Assembly: GCA_017480745.1 (NCBI GenBank)
Contig: JAFUSA010000005.1
Span: 4,462-68,461, forward strand
Source of the DNA: Alphaproteobacteria bacterium
Lineage (GTDB): Bacteria; Pseudomonadota; Alphaproteobacteria; RF32; CAG-239
Direction of reading: 5' to 3'
Length of the DNA: 64,000 nucleotides
Shown here piece by piece: positions 19,396 through 28,581 of this stretch. Each line of letters begins with the position of its first letter. The stretch's first letter is position 1. A program made the position numbers and the translations under genes. The notes under the pieces were generated by a model. That model searched no databases and was not told the origin of the DNA. It was given only the letters and a program-made list of their open reading frames with translations.

Positions 19396-20043
19396 ATGGG
19401 CGAAGAATTTATTGAAGACTCCATCAAGCAAACTATCAGTGATGATGGTAATTTGCTTGATGCCACACAAAATGCCATTATAGATGCGGCGGAAAATGTT
19501 AGCGGAGCGTTAAATTCTTCTGCCGATTTGCCTATATCAAGTTTGCCGAGTGAACCCTTCTATACCGAAGTTGAGTTTTGGTTGGCAGTGGCTTTTGTTT
19601 TGGCAATAAGTTCCTTGGCAAAGCCTTTATATAGTATTATCAAAAATTCCTTGCAAAATCGTATTCAAAGAGTTGTTGATGATATTAACGAAGCAACAGA
19701 ATTGCGAGATGATGCGCAAAAATTGTTGGCCGATTATGAACGTAAGTTTGTTAATGTTGATAATGAAATTGCGCAAATAATTGATATTGCTGACAAAAAT
19801 TTACAAAACATAAAAAAAGCGGAACTTTCCAAGCTGGAAAATAACTTGCGCACAAAAAAAGCCGAAGCAGAACGCCGAATGGCAGAAAATATTGAAAAGG
19901 CTCGTTATGAAGTTAATCTTTCAGCAAGTAAAATATCGGTAGAAATTGCTAAAAAAGCCATAAACAATTACATTGAAAAAGCCGATAAAAGCGCACTGAT
20001 TGACGAAGCCATAGTTGAATTGGATAATTTGATAAATGAATAA
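19396..20043 (+). CDS. atpF: F0F1 ATP synthase subunit b
   Basis: 215 aa. TM segment (FWLAVAFVLAISS) followed by a charged helical region. Second b-type gene. Confidence 0.75.
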   Translation: MGEEFIEDSIKQTISDDGNLLDATQNAIIDAAENVSGALNSSADLPISSLPSEPFYTEVEFWLAVAFVLAISSLAKPLYSIIKNSLQNRIQRVVDDINEATELRDDAQKLLADYERKFVNVDNEIAQIIDIADKNLQNIKKAELSKLENNLRTKKAEAERRMAENIEKARYEVNLSASKISVEIAKKAINNYIEKADKSALIDEAIVELDNLINE

Positions 20044-20584
20044 AAATAATACTTCCGCAATTATTGCCAACGAAACAATAAATACCTCTAAATTAGCAGA
20101 GGCAAAAAGGATAATTATCGGTTTGCAAGATGAATTGAAAAATTACATAAATTCCGGCTCTGGGCCGTTTTTAGCGGCAATTTATGATTCTGCCGGAAAT
20201 TTGGTCGCCAAAGAAGCAAACAGTGTTGTGTCGGGAAATTGCAGTCATAATCATGCTGAAATGAATGCCATAAAGGCTGCCGAGCAAAGATTAGGCACAT
20301 ACGATTTATCGTCATATTCTTTACGTTTATATGTTACATCAGAACCATGTATTATGTGTTTGGGTGGTATCATGTGGTCTGGAATAAAAGAAGTATATTA
20401 CGGAGTTCCGTCGCACATAGTTGAAGCCATAACCGGATTTGATGAAGGGTTCAAACCAAATTGGCTTGATGAGTTCAAAAAACGTAATATAACCGTTTAC
20501 GGCAACATTGAACCACAGACCGGAGAAGAAGTATTGCGCGAATATGTTGCTCGCGGATTAAAAGTTTATAAACCGGAAAAATAA
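20036..20584 (+). CDS. Zinc-dependent nucleoside/nucleotide deaminase (CMP/dCMP deaminase fold)
   Basis: HAEMNAI ... PCIMCLGGI (H-A-E and PC..C zinc motifs). Confidence 0.75.
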   Translation: MNKNNTSAIIANETINTSKLAEAKRIIIGLQDELKNYINSGSGPFLAAIYDSAGNLVAKEANSVVSGNCSHNHAEMNAIKAAEQRLGTYDLSSYSLRLYVTSEPCIMCLGGIMWSGIKEVYYGVPSHIVEAITGFDEGFKPNWLDEFKKRNITVYGNIEPQTGEEVLREYVARGLKVYKPEK

Positions 20585-20720
20585 TAAACAACAGGCTCTT
20601 TTGAAGAGCTTAGCAAATGTTCACATGTGTAGAGGATCGCTTTGCAAAAAGTATTTTATCACACCATCTAAAAAAAGTGCTTGCAATTTAAAACAAAGTG
20701 TTTTATCTATGCAGTGTTAA

Positions 20721-20796
20721 GCCGCTTTAGCTCAGGTGGTAGAGTAGCTGATTCGTAATCAGTTGGTCGCGTGTTCGAGTCACGCAAGCGGCACCA
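20721..20796 (+). tRNA. tRNA-Thr (anticodon CGU)
   Basis: Hand-folded cloverleaf. Acceptor gccgctt/aagcggc, anticodon arm gctga-TTCGTAA-tcagt, T arm gcgtg-ttcgagt-cacgc, encoded CCA. Confidence 0.9.
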
Positions 20797-20836
20797 ACAA
20801 AAAACACCGGAATTTTATTCCGGTGTTTTTGTTTTT
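20797..20836. terminator. Bidirectional intrinsic terminator
   Basis: ACACCGG-aattttatt-CCGGTGT flanked by an A-run and a T-run. Lies between tRNA-Thr (+) and the 964-aa gene (-). Confidence 0.75.
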
Positions 20837-20846
20837 CAAGTATTGA

Positions 20847-23741
20847 TTACCACAACTCGTCATATTTAAGCGACGGATCGTTTAAGTTTTGACGATAAGC
20901 TTTATTGTATGGCTTAAAATCTGTGGTATTTTCAAACACATCATATTTATCAACATAATTGTCATAACCTAATTTGAAATCACCAAACGCATTATCGCGG
21001 TCAAAATAACAATAAGTGGTAGCATATCCCTCTAAGGTATATTTCTTAACAGGAAAGATGTTCCAATAAGCATTACCGGATAAATCTATCTTTAACGTTT
21101 TAGTAAATTTGGTGTATTCATTTGCAGGATACAAAAAGCCCATTAAAACGGCCCAACCGCGGGTATAACCTCCAGGAGGAACATTGCCGTAAGACGAACT
21201 CTTACCTGTTTTAATCGGTACCACCAAAGACTTTAACCATGTACTTTGTTGAAATACTAATGGTTTGAGGTGGTGTTTACCATCAACTTGGTCAGCAGAT
21301 AATACATAAACATCCTTATTGTTATGAGAAAGTTTCATCATATTATCAGCTAATGTTGCATTATTTATGCTAACGTTTTTGTTCGAAATAGGTGGAGTAA
21401 CATCCTCAATAGTTATCTTACCGCCGGAAATTGTTCCACTGTTTTTAGACTTTAATTCCAGTGCATTATATTCCGGTTCAACCAAAGTGGACGGAGCATT
21501 TGCCAAGTTCTTATTTTCCACATATGGCTTGCTGGTATTGCTCAAATTAAGGCTACCAGCCTGCGCCATTTGGAAACTGGACGGAGTAACCGTAATCACG
21601 CGGCTGTATCCCGGAGGACAAGGAGGTGCCGGAACTACACCAGTATATGGTGAAGCATAGTTATCATCTGAAGTAAGAGAGCCATCACCAGCTTTACCAA
21701 GAGAATCAAGTTGTGCTGATAAGTTTGATTCATTGAATGTTAGTGAAGTATCTTCATCTTTACTATTCGTTGCCACATAAATCCCCTTGGTGATGAAGTC
21801 CGGCAAAATATCACTCAGGCGGGCTCCACCGCGGGTAGTCAACTTAATATCATTCATTACAGACGTATAAGCCGGATTAACCATATAGGTATCATAGCGA
21901 TTGTCACCGCTACCATAGGTAGTACGTGCAGAAGATGTTAATAAATCCGGCACTTTTACCAAATTACCATCTTTATCCAAATTATTGGCAACAAAACGGT
22001 TCGCCATAACAATACCGGTGCCGTCATCTGCCGCATTAGTTGATGTAGGCTTATTATTTGTTCCCCTATCTTGAGCTTTGTCACCGGTTACATCTAACAT
22101 ACCTTTGCGAACAAATACCGTACCGGCTTTTGCTCCGTTATCTCCGGTTTTATCATGCATTTCCCACCTATTGGTTGCTTTATTGTATGATGGGGCTGTA
22201 TTAATTTTGGCACTATCACCGAATTCTGCCGTAATAACTTTATTATCGGCTGAAGCTGTTTGCGAACCGCTGATTTGCAATTTCCAATCTCCGGATTCCA
22301 ACGCCACATGACCTGTTGTTTTGCCACTGACATCTGTTGCTTCGGTAGATATTCCATAATAGGTATTTTGTCCGGTCGATTTAAGGCCGGCTGTTCGAGA
22401 TGTTCCACTGTCATTCAAAACAAACTCATTACCTCTACTATCGCTATCATTCTTGGTTTTAATCTCCACATTGCCGTTAGTGATGCCGGCAGTGGTATAA
22501 ATAGTCGGTAATGTACCGTTATGTTGAACCATACCGTTTACTTGAATGCCTTCGGCATCAACTTTGAGCCATTTGTTAGTGTCATCAATTTTATCCGAGC
22601 CAACTTCAAATTCGGTAGCGCGAACTTTTCCCGTATCAACCTGTTTGGCTATCAATTCTTCATTTACCCTAACTTTACCATCAACTGAAACGGTTATCTC
22701 ACCCGGAGCAGTACTGTATAACCCACTTATGTTATCAGTTGTAACATGCTCATTCATATCGATATCGCCGTCGCTGACAAGAAATCTTGCTTTGTTGTTT
22801 GCCTCATTGAAAGCAGCTTCCAATGTTCCACCGATGAAAGCATTTGGGTTGGTACCGGTTTTATTGATAAACAAACCATAATCCATTTCATTGCCTTCAC
22901 CGTCCGTAACTTTTTCGGCTCCAACAATCAAACTGTTTATGTTGCGAATGCTATATTTTGTTTGTGATTTAGTTTCATCGCCATCATCATCAAGCCCCGT
23001 AGAGGTGTTTTGATTTCCGCCCATATATAAATCGGTGCGCATAGTATTACGCCATTCCTGATTTTCACCGTTTTCTTTGGTACGTTGCAAGAACTTTGTT
23101 TGTTCTCCCTCTTCCCCAAGATTTTCTCCATTTACAACATTTGAAGACGAAATAACAATAGAATATACATTAGGCTCCGCCGCGGCTGTGCCTCCAAATA
23201 CATTGGTATAGTTTTCTCCTTCTAACTTCCAAATACCACCGATACCTCGTGCTTTAACACCACCTGAAGTACCTGTAATATATCCGCCGTTAGAACCAAC
23301 CAACGCAGCAATACGCGCTGTGCGTTCTTGTCCTATACCCTTAGCTGCATCTGATTTTGCCGGATAAACCACAAACGCTGTCAGGTTATTACTACGGCGA
23401 TATACTTTAGCCACAGGCTCACCGAATTCGTAAAGCGAACCTGCTTGGAAATTATACGGTAAATAAGCTGCTAAATCTGCGTTTGATATAGTGATATAAT
23501 CACTCGCATGAATATCTTTATCCATTAAATTAGAATAGTTAGCGGCAATATAAGCATCAACTGCCCCGATATATGTGCGCATTGCACCGGCAGTATTTAT
23601 ATCTTCAACTTCCAGCGTGCGCTCTGCCGATTTTTTATACATGGTAGGAGTAACCACTGCAATCAGCCCCAACATTGCCAAGGCTTCAATCATCAAACCG
23701 CCGCGTTCGGTAAGTGTTTTGTATATTTTTTTGTTATTCAT
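20847..23741 (-). CDS. Giant pilin-like protein (964 aa) with class III signal-type N-terminus
   Basis: ATG at 23741, 6 nt after GGAGA. MNNKKIYKTLTERG|GLMIEALAMLGLIAVVTP has Gly at -1 and Glu at +5 with a hydrophobic helix. The rest is Gly/Thr/Asn/Ser/Asp-rich, with the first Cys only near residue 700. Confidence 0.65.
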   Translation of the reverse strand: MNNKKIYKTLTERGGLMIEALAMLGLIAVVTPTMYKKSAERTLEVEDINTAGAMRTYIGAVDAYIAANYSNLMDKDIHASDYITISNADLAAYLPYNFQAGSLYEFGEPVAKVYRRSNNLTAFVVYPAKSDAAKGIGQERTARIAALVGSNGGYITGTSGGVKARGIGGIWKLEGENYTNVFGGTAAAEPNVYSIVISSSNVVNGENLGEEGEQTKFLQRTKENGENQEWRNTMRTDLYMGGNQNTSTGLDDDGDETKSQTKYSIRNINSLIVGAEKVTDGEGNEMDYGLFINKTGTNPNAFIGGTLEAAFNEANNKARFLVSDGDIDMNEHVTTDNISGLYSTAPGEITVSVDGKVRVNEELIAKQVDTGKVRATEFEVGSDKIDDTNKWLKVDAEGIQVNGMVQHNGTLPTIYTTAGITNGNVEIKTKNDSDSRGNEFVLNDSGTSRTAGLKSTGQNTYYGISTEATDVSGKTTGHVALESGDWKLQISGSQTASADNKVITAEFGDSAKINTAPSYNKATNRWEMHDKTGDNGAKAGTVFVRKGMLDVTGDKAQDRGTNNKPTSTNAADDGTGIVMANRFVANNLDKDGNLVKVPDLLTSSARTTYGSGDNRYDTYMVNPAYTSVMNDIKLTTRGGARLSDILPDFITKGIYVATNSKDEDTSLTFNESNLSAQLDSLGKAGDGSLTSDDNYASPYTGVVPAPPCPPGYSRVITVTPSSFQMAQAGSLNLSNTSKPYVENKNLANAPSTLVEPEYNALELKSKNSGTISGGKITIEDVTPPISNKNVSINNATLADNMMKLSHNNKDVYVLSADQVDGKHHLKPLVFQQSTWLKSLVVPIKTGKSSSYGNVPPGGYTRGWAVLMGFLYPANEYTKFTKTLKIDLSGNAYWNIFPVKKYTLEGYATTYCYFDRDNAFGDFKLGYDNYVDKYDVFENTTDFKPYNKAYRQNLNDPSLKYDELW

Positions 23742-23778
23742 CTCTGTTCTCCCTATATTATTCCACATACCAATCAAT

Positions 23779-24609
23779 TTATTGATTCATCAGTTTATCA
23801 CAACGATCTTTTTCCGCAGAAACTCGTTGTATATGGTCATAAGCAAAAAAGCAGGCGCTTGCCCCACAAGTATCTTTCAAATTTTCATTTTGTGTCCACA
23901 TAATAGAGTTTTCATCCAAAACATCATAGCGAATACTCTGCGTTCCTTTGCCGATAGTATTATCTATCAAACTTATTTTGGCATTATTTCCCAATAATTT
24001 ACATTGTAAGGTATCTTCCCCTGAAATACTGCAATCCGTCCACCCGAAAATAGTTGAAGTCCCCAAACCATAAACACGACCGGACGCCGAAGTAGAAGAC
24101 TTAGACAATAAGTTAACCAAAACAGGAAGAGGCGTCGCCTCTAAGCTTTTGGAAAGCCACGCATCAGGAATTGCCGCATAAGACACAGCATAAATATAAT
24201 CTTTTTCCCCTGCTCTATCACACCGAACAAATTCATTATTTTCAGATGTCTCTGCCTGCTCTTTCAAGCAATATATATAATGTTGTACCGTCAAATCGCC
24301 ACTGTTGGCATACCCAACCGGCAGATTATCGGTATATGATGTATAAGGAAAGCTCAAAGCGCCTTCTCCACTCATTTTGACTGGAACTGGTTTGAGCGGG
24401 TCATCAACGGTATACCAGCCATCGTTATTGGTGGATTTAATAATCTCGCATTCCATAGTTTTTACCATGGCCGTATGCTCCGCCTTAAAGCGGTTAACAA
24501 CCGAGGCTGCTTTAATTTCACTCAATGTATTATCTTTATCCGGTCGTTGCGACAAATTAAGGAAGCTTAGTGCCACCATCACCGTTGCCAGAAATATCCA
24601 TATATACAT
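23779..24609 (-). CDS. Membrane-anchored hypothetical protein, first gene of the giant pilin-like operon
   Basis: 276 aa. ATG after GGAG. The N-terminus MYIWIFLATVMVALSFLNL is hydrophobic from residue 1, with no Gly/Glu prepilin motif. The stop is 37 nt before the next gene. Confidence 0.5.
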   Translation of the reverse strand: MYIWIFLATVMVALSFLNLSQRPDKDNTLSEIKAASVVNRFKAEHTAMVKTMECEIIKSTNNDGWYTVDDPLKPVPVKMSGEGALSFPYTSYTDNLPVGYANSGDLTVQHYIYCLKEQAETSENNEFVRCDRAGEKDYIYAVSYAAIPDAWLSKSLEATPLPVLVNLLSKSSTSASGRVYGLGTSTIFGWTDCSISGEDTLQCKLLGNNAKISLIDNTIGKGTQSIRYDVLDENSIMWTQNENLKDTCGASACFFAYDHIQRVSAEKDRCDKLMNQ

Positions 24610-24849
24610 ACAAAGACTCCGATAAACCTATACTAATGTAACTCTATCACAACATTCGGCAAAAATCCATATACTTTTTGCTTTTACAAAGATATTTAAT
24701 ATTTTTGTAATATTTTGTCTGAATAAAATAAAAATATAGTTAAAATATGCGGTGCATTTGTTGATTTTGTGCAGTTTTGCAATATATTTATGATACTGTT
24801 TTTGGTAAATAACTCAGTATTTACATCACACATTTACAAGGAGATAACA

Positions 24850-25380
24850 ATGAATGCAGTATTAGAAAATATTAAAACACGGCGTAGCATTCGCCACTAT
24901 AAATCAGATATGGTAGAAACCGAAAAGTTAGAAAAAATTATTGAAGCCGGACTTTATGCCGCAAGTGGAATGGGACAACAAAAAACAATCATCGTTGCCA
25001 TAAAAAATAAGGAAATTCGCGATAAATTGGCAGAAATAAATCGCAAAATTGCCGGTTGGGAGGAAGGTGTTGACCCGTTTTACGGTGCGCCGGTTGTTAT
25101 AATTGTTTTGGCGGAAAAGGGCTATTTTACTGGTATTTATGACGGCAGTTTGGTTATTGGTAATATGATGTTGGCAGCGCACTCGTTAGGCGTTGGAAGT
25201 TGCTGGATTCATCGTGCCAAAGAAGAGTTTGAAATGCCTGAATACAAAGATTTTCTTAAATCTTTGGAAATTGAGGGTGAATATGAGGGTGTCGGACACT
25301 GCATTTTGGGATATGCCGCCGGAGATGAACCCAAAGCTGCACCACGCAAGGAAAAACGCGTGTATTACATAGACTATTAA
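24850..25380 (+). CDS. Nitroreductase family protein
   Basis: ENIKTRRSIRHY near the N-terminus, typical of NfsB-like nitroreductases. ATG at 24850 after AAGGAGA. The upstream part of the ORF-track call is unlikely to be coding. Confidence 0.85.
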   Translation: MNAVLENIKTRRSIRHYKSDMVETEKLEKIIEAGLYAASGMGQQKTIIVAIKNKEIRDKLAEINRKIAGWEEGVDPFYGAPVVIIVLAEKGYFTGIYDGSLVIGNMMLAAHSLGVGSCWIHRAKEEFEMPEYKDFLKSLEIEGEYEGVGHCILGYAAGDEPKAAPRKEKRVYYIDY

Positions 25381-25394
25381 AACAGGCTACTTTG

Positions 25395-25427
25395 TAAAAA
25401 ACTGCCGGCGCTTGTGAGGAGCGCCGG
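25395..25427 (-). terminator. Intrinsic terminator of pilin-like gene P2
   Basis: On the minus strand, CCGGCGCT-cctcaca-AGCGCCGG is followed by TTTTTT. The stem sequence is homologous to the hairpin after P1 (6907-6934). Confidence 0.7.
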
Positions 25428-25442
25428 TGGTTTATCCATGTT

Positions 25443-26219
25443 TTAATTTGCCCAAATACTGTTTTTCCAATATTCGCTATTGACATCAACATCGAAGTAG
25501 AAAGTCAGATTAATGCTATCTTTGTCATAAAGAGCTGAATCCTCTTCTATGGCTTTTGAACATACTTCAACTGCCTTATCAACGCTTACCGGAGTTTTTA
25601 GAAATGCATCGTAATCTCCAGAATCTCCCATAACATATATTGCTTTAACATTAGCATTGCTCCAATCATGAGTTGTCAACTCAATACATGCTTCTTCATT
25701 ATTTATAAGGTAATAAATACTAAACGCCTGATTATCATAGAGTTTGGATTTATCTTCTGTACCTAACGTAACCCCACCACCGAAAGGATTGGTAATAGAC
25801 ATAATCTTACCATCAGTTACAGTAATCATTTCATCTGGTAATATTTTGGCTTTTTTAACTATCGGACAGCCATTGTAAGCACCGGTAGGTTTTCCTTGTG
25901 CATTAACGCCGGAAGCACCCCAGCAACCGGAGGCATCGCAAGTGCTATCATCTTTACTACCGCAACGCACCCCGATATAATTCTTCTGTGGTCCCCAAAA
26001 GGCACGCACATTTCCGGCAATGAGAGTTGTTTGCTCAATTGTTTTGTTAATACGATATTTCATCATGGCCTTGCTGTATCCGGCGATTCCACCTACCGAT
26101 AAAACGCCAATGATAGCGAGCACGCCAAGCATTTCTATCATTGAACGACCGCTCTGTGCATTTTTCGTCATTGCGAGCGCAGCGTGGCAATCTGTATTTT
26201 TTATTTTTAAGTTTCTCAT
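25443..26219 (-). CDS. Type IV pilin-like protein P2
   Basis: MRNLKIKNTDCHAALAMTKNAQSG|RSMIEMLGVLAIIGVLSVGGIAGYSKAM. ATG at 26219 is preceded by the invariant AAAGGAAGTTTACT. The C-terminus is closest to P1 (..YW..WAN). Confidence 0.85.
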   Translation of the reverse strand: MRNLKIKNTDCHAALAMTKNAQSGRSMIEMLGVLAIIGVLSVGGIAGYSKAMMKYRINKTIEQTTLIAGNVRAFWGPQKNYIGVRCGSKDDSTCDASGCWGASGVNAQGKPTGAYNGCPIVKKAKILPDEMITVTDGKIMSITNPFGGGVTLGTEDKSKLYDNQAFSIYYLINNEEACIELTTHDWSNANVKAIYVMGDSGDYDAFLKTPVSVDKAVEVCSKAIEEDSALYDKDSINLTFYFDVDVNSEYWKNSIWAN

Positions 26220-26457
26220 AGTAAACTTCCTTTCATTATTAAAATACCTACAAAACGATACCGCCCTTATGAGGCGGTCGGAAGTTGACAACTATCACGA
26301 TAATAGTATGAGCTATTTGAATTATCTTATTCACCCATCTTCCAACCATAAAGTCGGAAATTATTTAACGTCCTTACGACGATCGTGAGAGGTTGTCACA
26401 CCCCAGACGAGTTACCTCATCTTGTGTTTATATTATCACAAAAAATCTAAAAGTCAA
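26220..26457 (-). promoter_or_regulatory. Promoter plus type A structured leader (P2 copy)
   Basis: Minus strand: TTGACT (26452-26457), TGaTAATAT (-10 at 26430-26435). H1 AGAUGAG-GUAA-CUCGUCU (26405-26422). Anti-SD box (26278-26287). Hairpin CCGCC..GGCGG (26261-26277). SD GGAAGUU (26224-26230). Confidence 0.75.
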
Positions 26458-26534
26458 ACATTTTCGCATTCATTTTTTAATTATTCTTTTCTTTTTTTAT
26501 TTTATAAACTATATTAAAGAGAGGAGAAGAATTG

Positions 26535-26891
26535 ATGAATAAAAAAGATTTGTTAAAAAGTTTAATGTTTTTATTTAAGAAAAAGCGTCGAAAATCTCGC
26601 GGTAAAAATATTTCGGCAGCCGAAGCCATTGATATTCAAAATAAATATATGAATATAAGCTGTCCGATTGATGCGCCGATTGCACCTCCTTATGTGGAAA
26701 TTGCCAAGCAATTATATTCGCCCAAACAGGAAGTTTTTGTTGCTGCTTTGTTTTATTTGGAACAAATAGCTTTGAATGAAAAATCGCATAACAGCGCTAT
26801 TGTAGGTTTATTGCAAAAATTTTCGGTTGATGAAAAACTTCCGCAATCGCAAAAAACAATGGTTATGCAAACATTAGAACGCATAAGTTAA
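26535..26891 (+). CDS. Hypothetical protein with basic N-terminus
   Basis: 118 aa from the ATG at 26535 (GAGGAG upstream). Divergent from the P2 promoter. I recognise no family. Confidence 0.4.
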   Translation: MNKKDLLKSLMFLFKKKRRKSRGKNISAAEAIDIQNKYMNISCPIDAPIAPPYVEIAKQLYSPKQEVFVAALFYLEQIALNEKSHNSAIVGLLQKFSVDEKLPQSQKTMVMQTLERIS

Positions 26892-26946
26892 TTTGAATAT
26901 AAAAAACAATCGCCCTTTATTTAAAAGGGGCGATTGTCTTTTGGTT

Positions 26947-27891
26947 TTAGTGCTGATGCAAACCGGATTTTGTGCCACGCAGATTGATGGTCAAATCTTG
27001 TTGGCGATTCTTGCGAGTGGCCGTAAACGATGTGTGAACCCAGCCATCATTCGGGTCTGTCGAATCATCACCATAGAATTCAAGAATCAATTGGTCATAG
27101 AGCAAATTTTTACTCACCCACTCGGCAAGTTTGAAATTGTCCATTCCCATAATCTCAAAGTCCACAGCTTCACAGCGCATGTGCTGAGATGTTTTACTGG
27201 AACCTTTAACCACTGCGTTTAGCTTTGGCGAGCGGTAAGCAGAATTCACACGCACGGGGCGGTTAAAGCTGTTGCGTATCGGTTGCAAAACATTCACACA
27301 CACTTGTCGCAACTTTTCAATTCCGGCTTCGTCAGGGATATTGAAAATTTTGCGGGCATGTGCAGTTTCCGAGCGAACCATTTCCCACAATGTGAAGTTG
27401 TTGGAAAGCCTAAGAGCACGAAGTCCGCTTTCTGCCGATAAGTTAAGCTTGCGATTCTTTTTAGGATCAACATAGGATAGATGAACCCACGCTTCGCCAG
27501 CATAATCAGCGTCGTAGCGCAAAAATTCAAGCATAACCACGTCAAAGTCCAAGTTGTTGACAATCCATTCTGTTACCACTTTCGGACTGATGCCTCGGAC
27601 GCGAAAATCCACTGCTTCGCAACTCAGGTGTTGAGAGTTCGGAGCGCCGTTCCACAAATGATTAACGCGTGGTGTGCGAAAACCGTTGACTATGGTAACA
27701 GGTTTGCCGAAATGCATTGCTATCGGTTGCAACAAAACATTGCAAAAGAGCTTCAACTTTGCGATTCCTTGTTCATCGGGAACATTGTAAATATTATTTT
27801 CCGTTGCCTTAGAATCGTGCGTGAACTCCCACAAATTAAAGCTTTCGCTCAAACGATAAGCTTTAAGTTCCGCAGAATTAAGCTGTTTCAT
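26947..27891 (-). CDS. Tandem-duplicated zinc peptidase M15 (D-Ala-D-Ala carboxypeptidase / endolysin-like) protein
   Basis: Two ~155-aa repeats. Each has a LS..F.LWE..S.TA start, a S-Q-H-x6-D motif (SQHLSCEAVD and SQHMRCEAVD) and a later WVH. No signal peptide. Confidence 0.65.
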   Translation of the reverse strand: MKQLNSAELKAYRLSESFNLWEFTHDSKATENNIYNVPDEQGIAKLKLFCNVLLQPIAMHFGKPVTIVNGFRTPRVNHLWNGAPNSQHLSCEAVDFRVRGISPKVVTEWIVNNLDFDVVMLEFLRYDADYAGEAWVHLSYVDPKKNRKLNLSAESGLRALRLSNNFTLWEMVRSETAHARKIFNIPDEAGIEKLRQVCVNVLQPIRNSFNRPVRVNSAYRSPKLNAVVKGSSKTSQHMRCEAVDFEIMGMDNFKLAEWVSKNLLYDQLILEFYGDDSTDPNDGWVHTSFTATRKNRQQDLTINLRGTKSGLHQH

Positions 27892-28201
27892 AATAAGAAA
27901 AATTAAAAATGTGAATAAATATTAAAATTTGCTCAATAATAACACAAAAAAATTTTAAAAGCAAGTATTTTTTGTCTAATATGTGTAACAAAATAATCTG
28001 GCATATAAATAGAGTGATTGATATCGGATTTGTGATTGCGTAATATTGAAATTATCAAGTATTCTGGTAAATGTTTAAACAAATTGCAAACATTTTAAAT
28101 TTTGAGGATTGCAATACTTTGTTTACATTTTTGCACAAATAATAAAAAAAGTATTGCAAAATATATTTTACTGCATTATACAGGCAATGTTTAAGAATTA
28201 T

Positions 28202-28278
28202 GCGTGCTTAGCTCAGTTGGCTAGAGCAACTGACTCTTAATCAGTGGGTCGAGGGTTCGAATCCCTCAGCGCGTACCA
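28202..28278 (+). tRNA. tRNA-Lys (anticodon CUU)
   Basis: Hand-folded cloverleaf. Anticodon arm actga-CTCTTAA-tcagt, T arm gaggg-ttcgaat-ccctc, encoded CCA. The acceptor stem has two G-U pairs. Confidence 0.85.
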
Positions 28279-28285
28279 ATAGAAA

Positions 28286-28312
28286 ACACCGGGGTGAAGT
28301 CCGGTGTTTTTT
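28286..28312 (+). terminator. Intrinsic terminator after tRNA-Lys
   Basis: ACACCGG-ggtgaagt-CCGGTGT followed by TTTTTT. Confidence 0.75.
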
Positions 28313-28581
28313 GCAGAAAGAAAGTCTCATCAAGCTTTATAGGTTTTATCGTTAAAAGAAGGGGCAAGAAATAATGTCCTTCATTTCCGAAATTGATCAT
28401 ATAGTGAAAAATTATGGTGTTGGCAAATTTTTTAATTATGAGGTAATGTAAATAAAAATGAGTAAAAATATTTTCATAAAATAATACGAATATTTTGTCA
28501 AAAAAGCCTTGCAATGCAAAAATAAATATGTTATACTAACCATAGAATGAGTAAGGTATTAGGGGTAAGAGGATAGACAAA

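Noticed and set aside
26893-27222. 109-aa plus-strand ORF overlapping the 3' end of the M15 peptidase gene
   Set aside because: It is entirely antisense to a gene with clear catalytic motifs and has no RBS. It starts inside the terminator region of the upstream gene.
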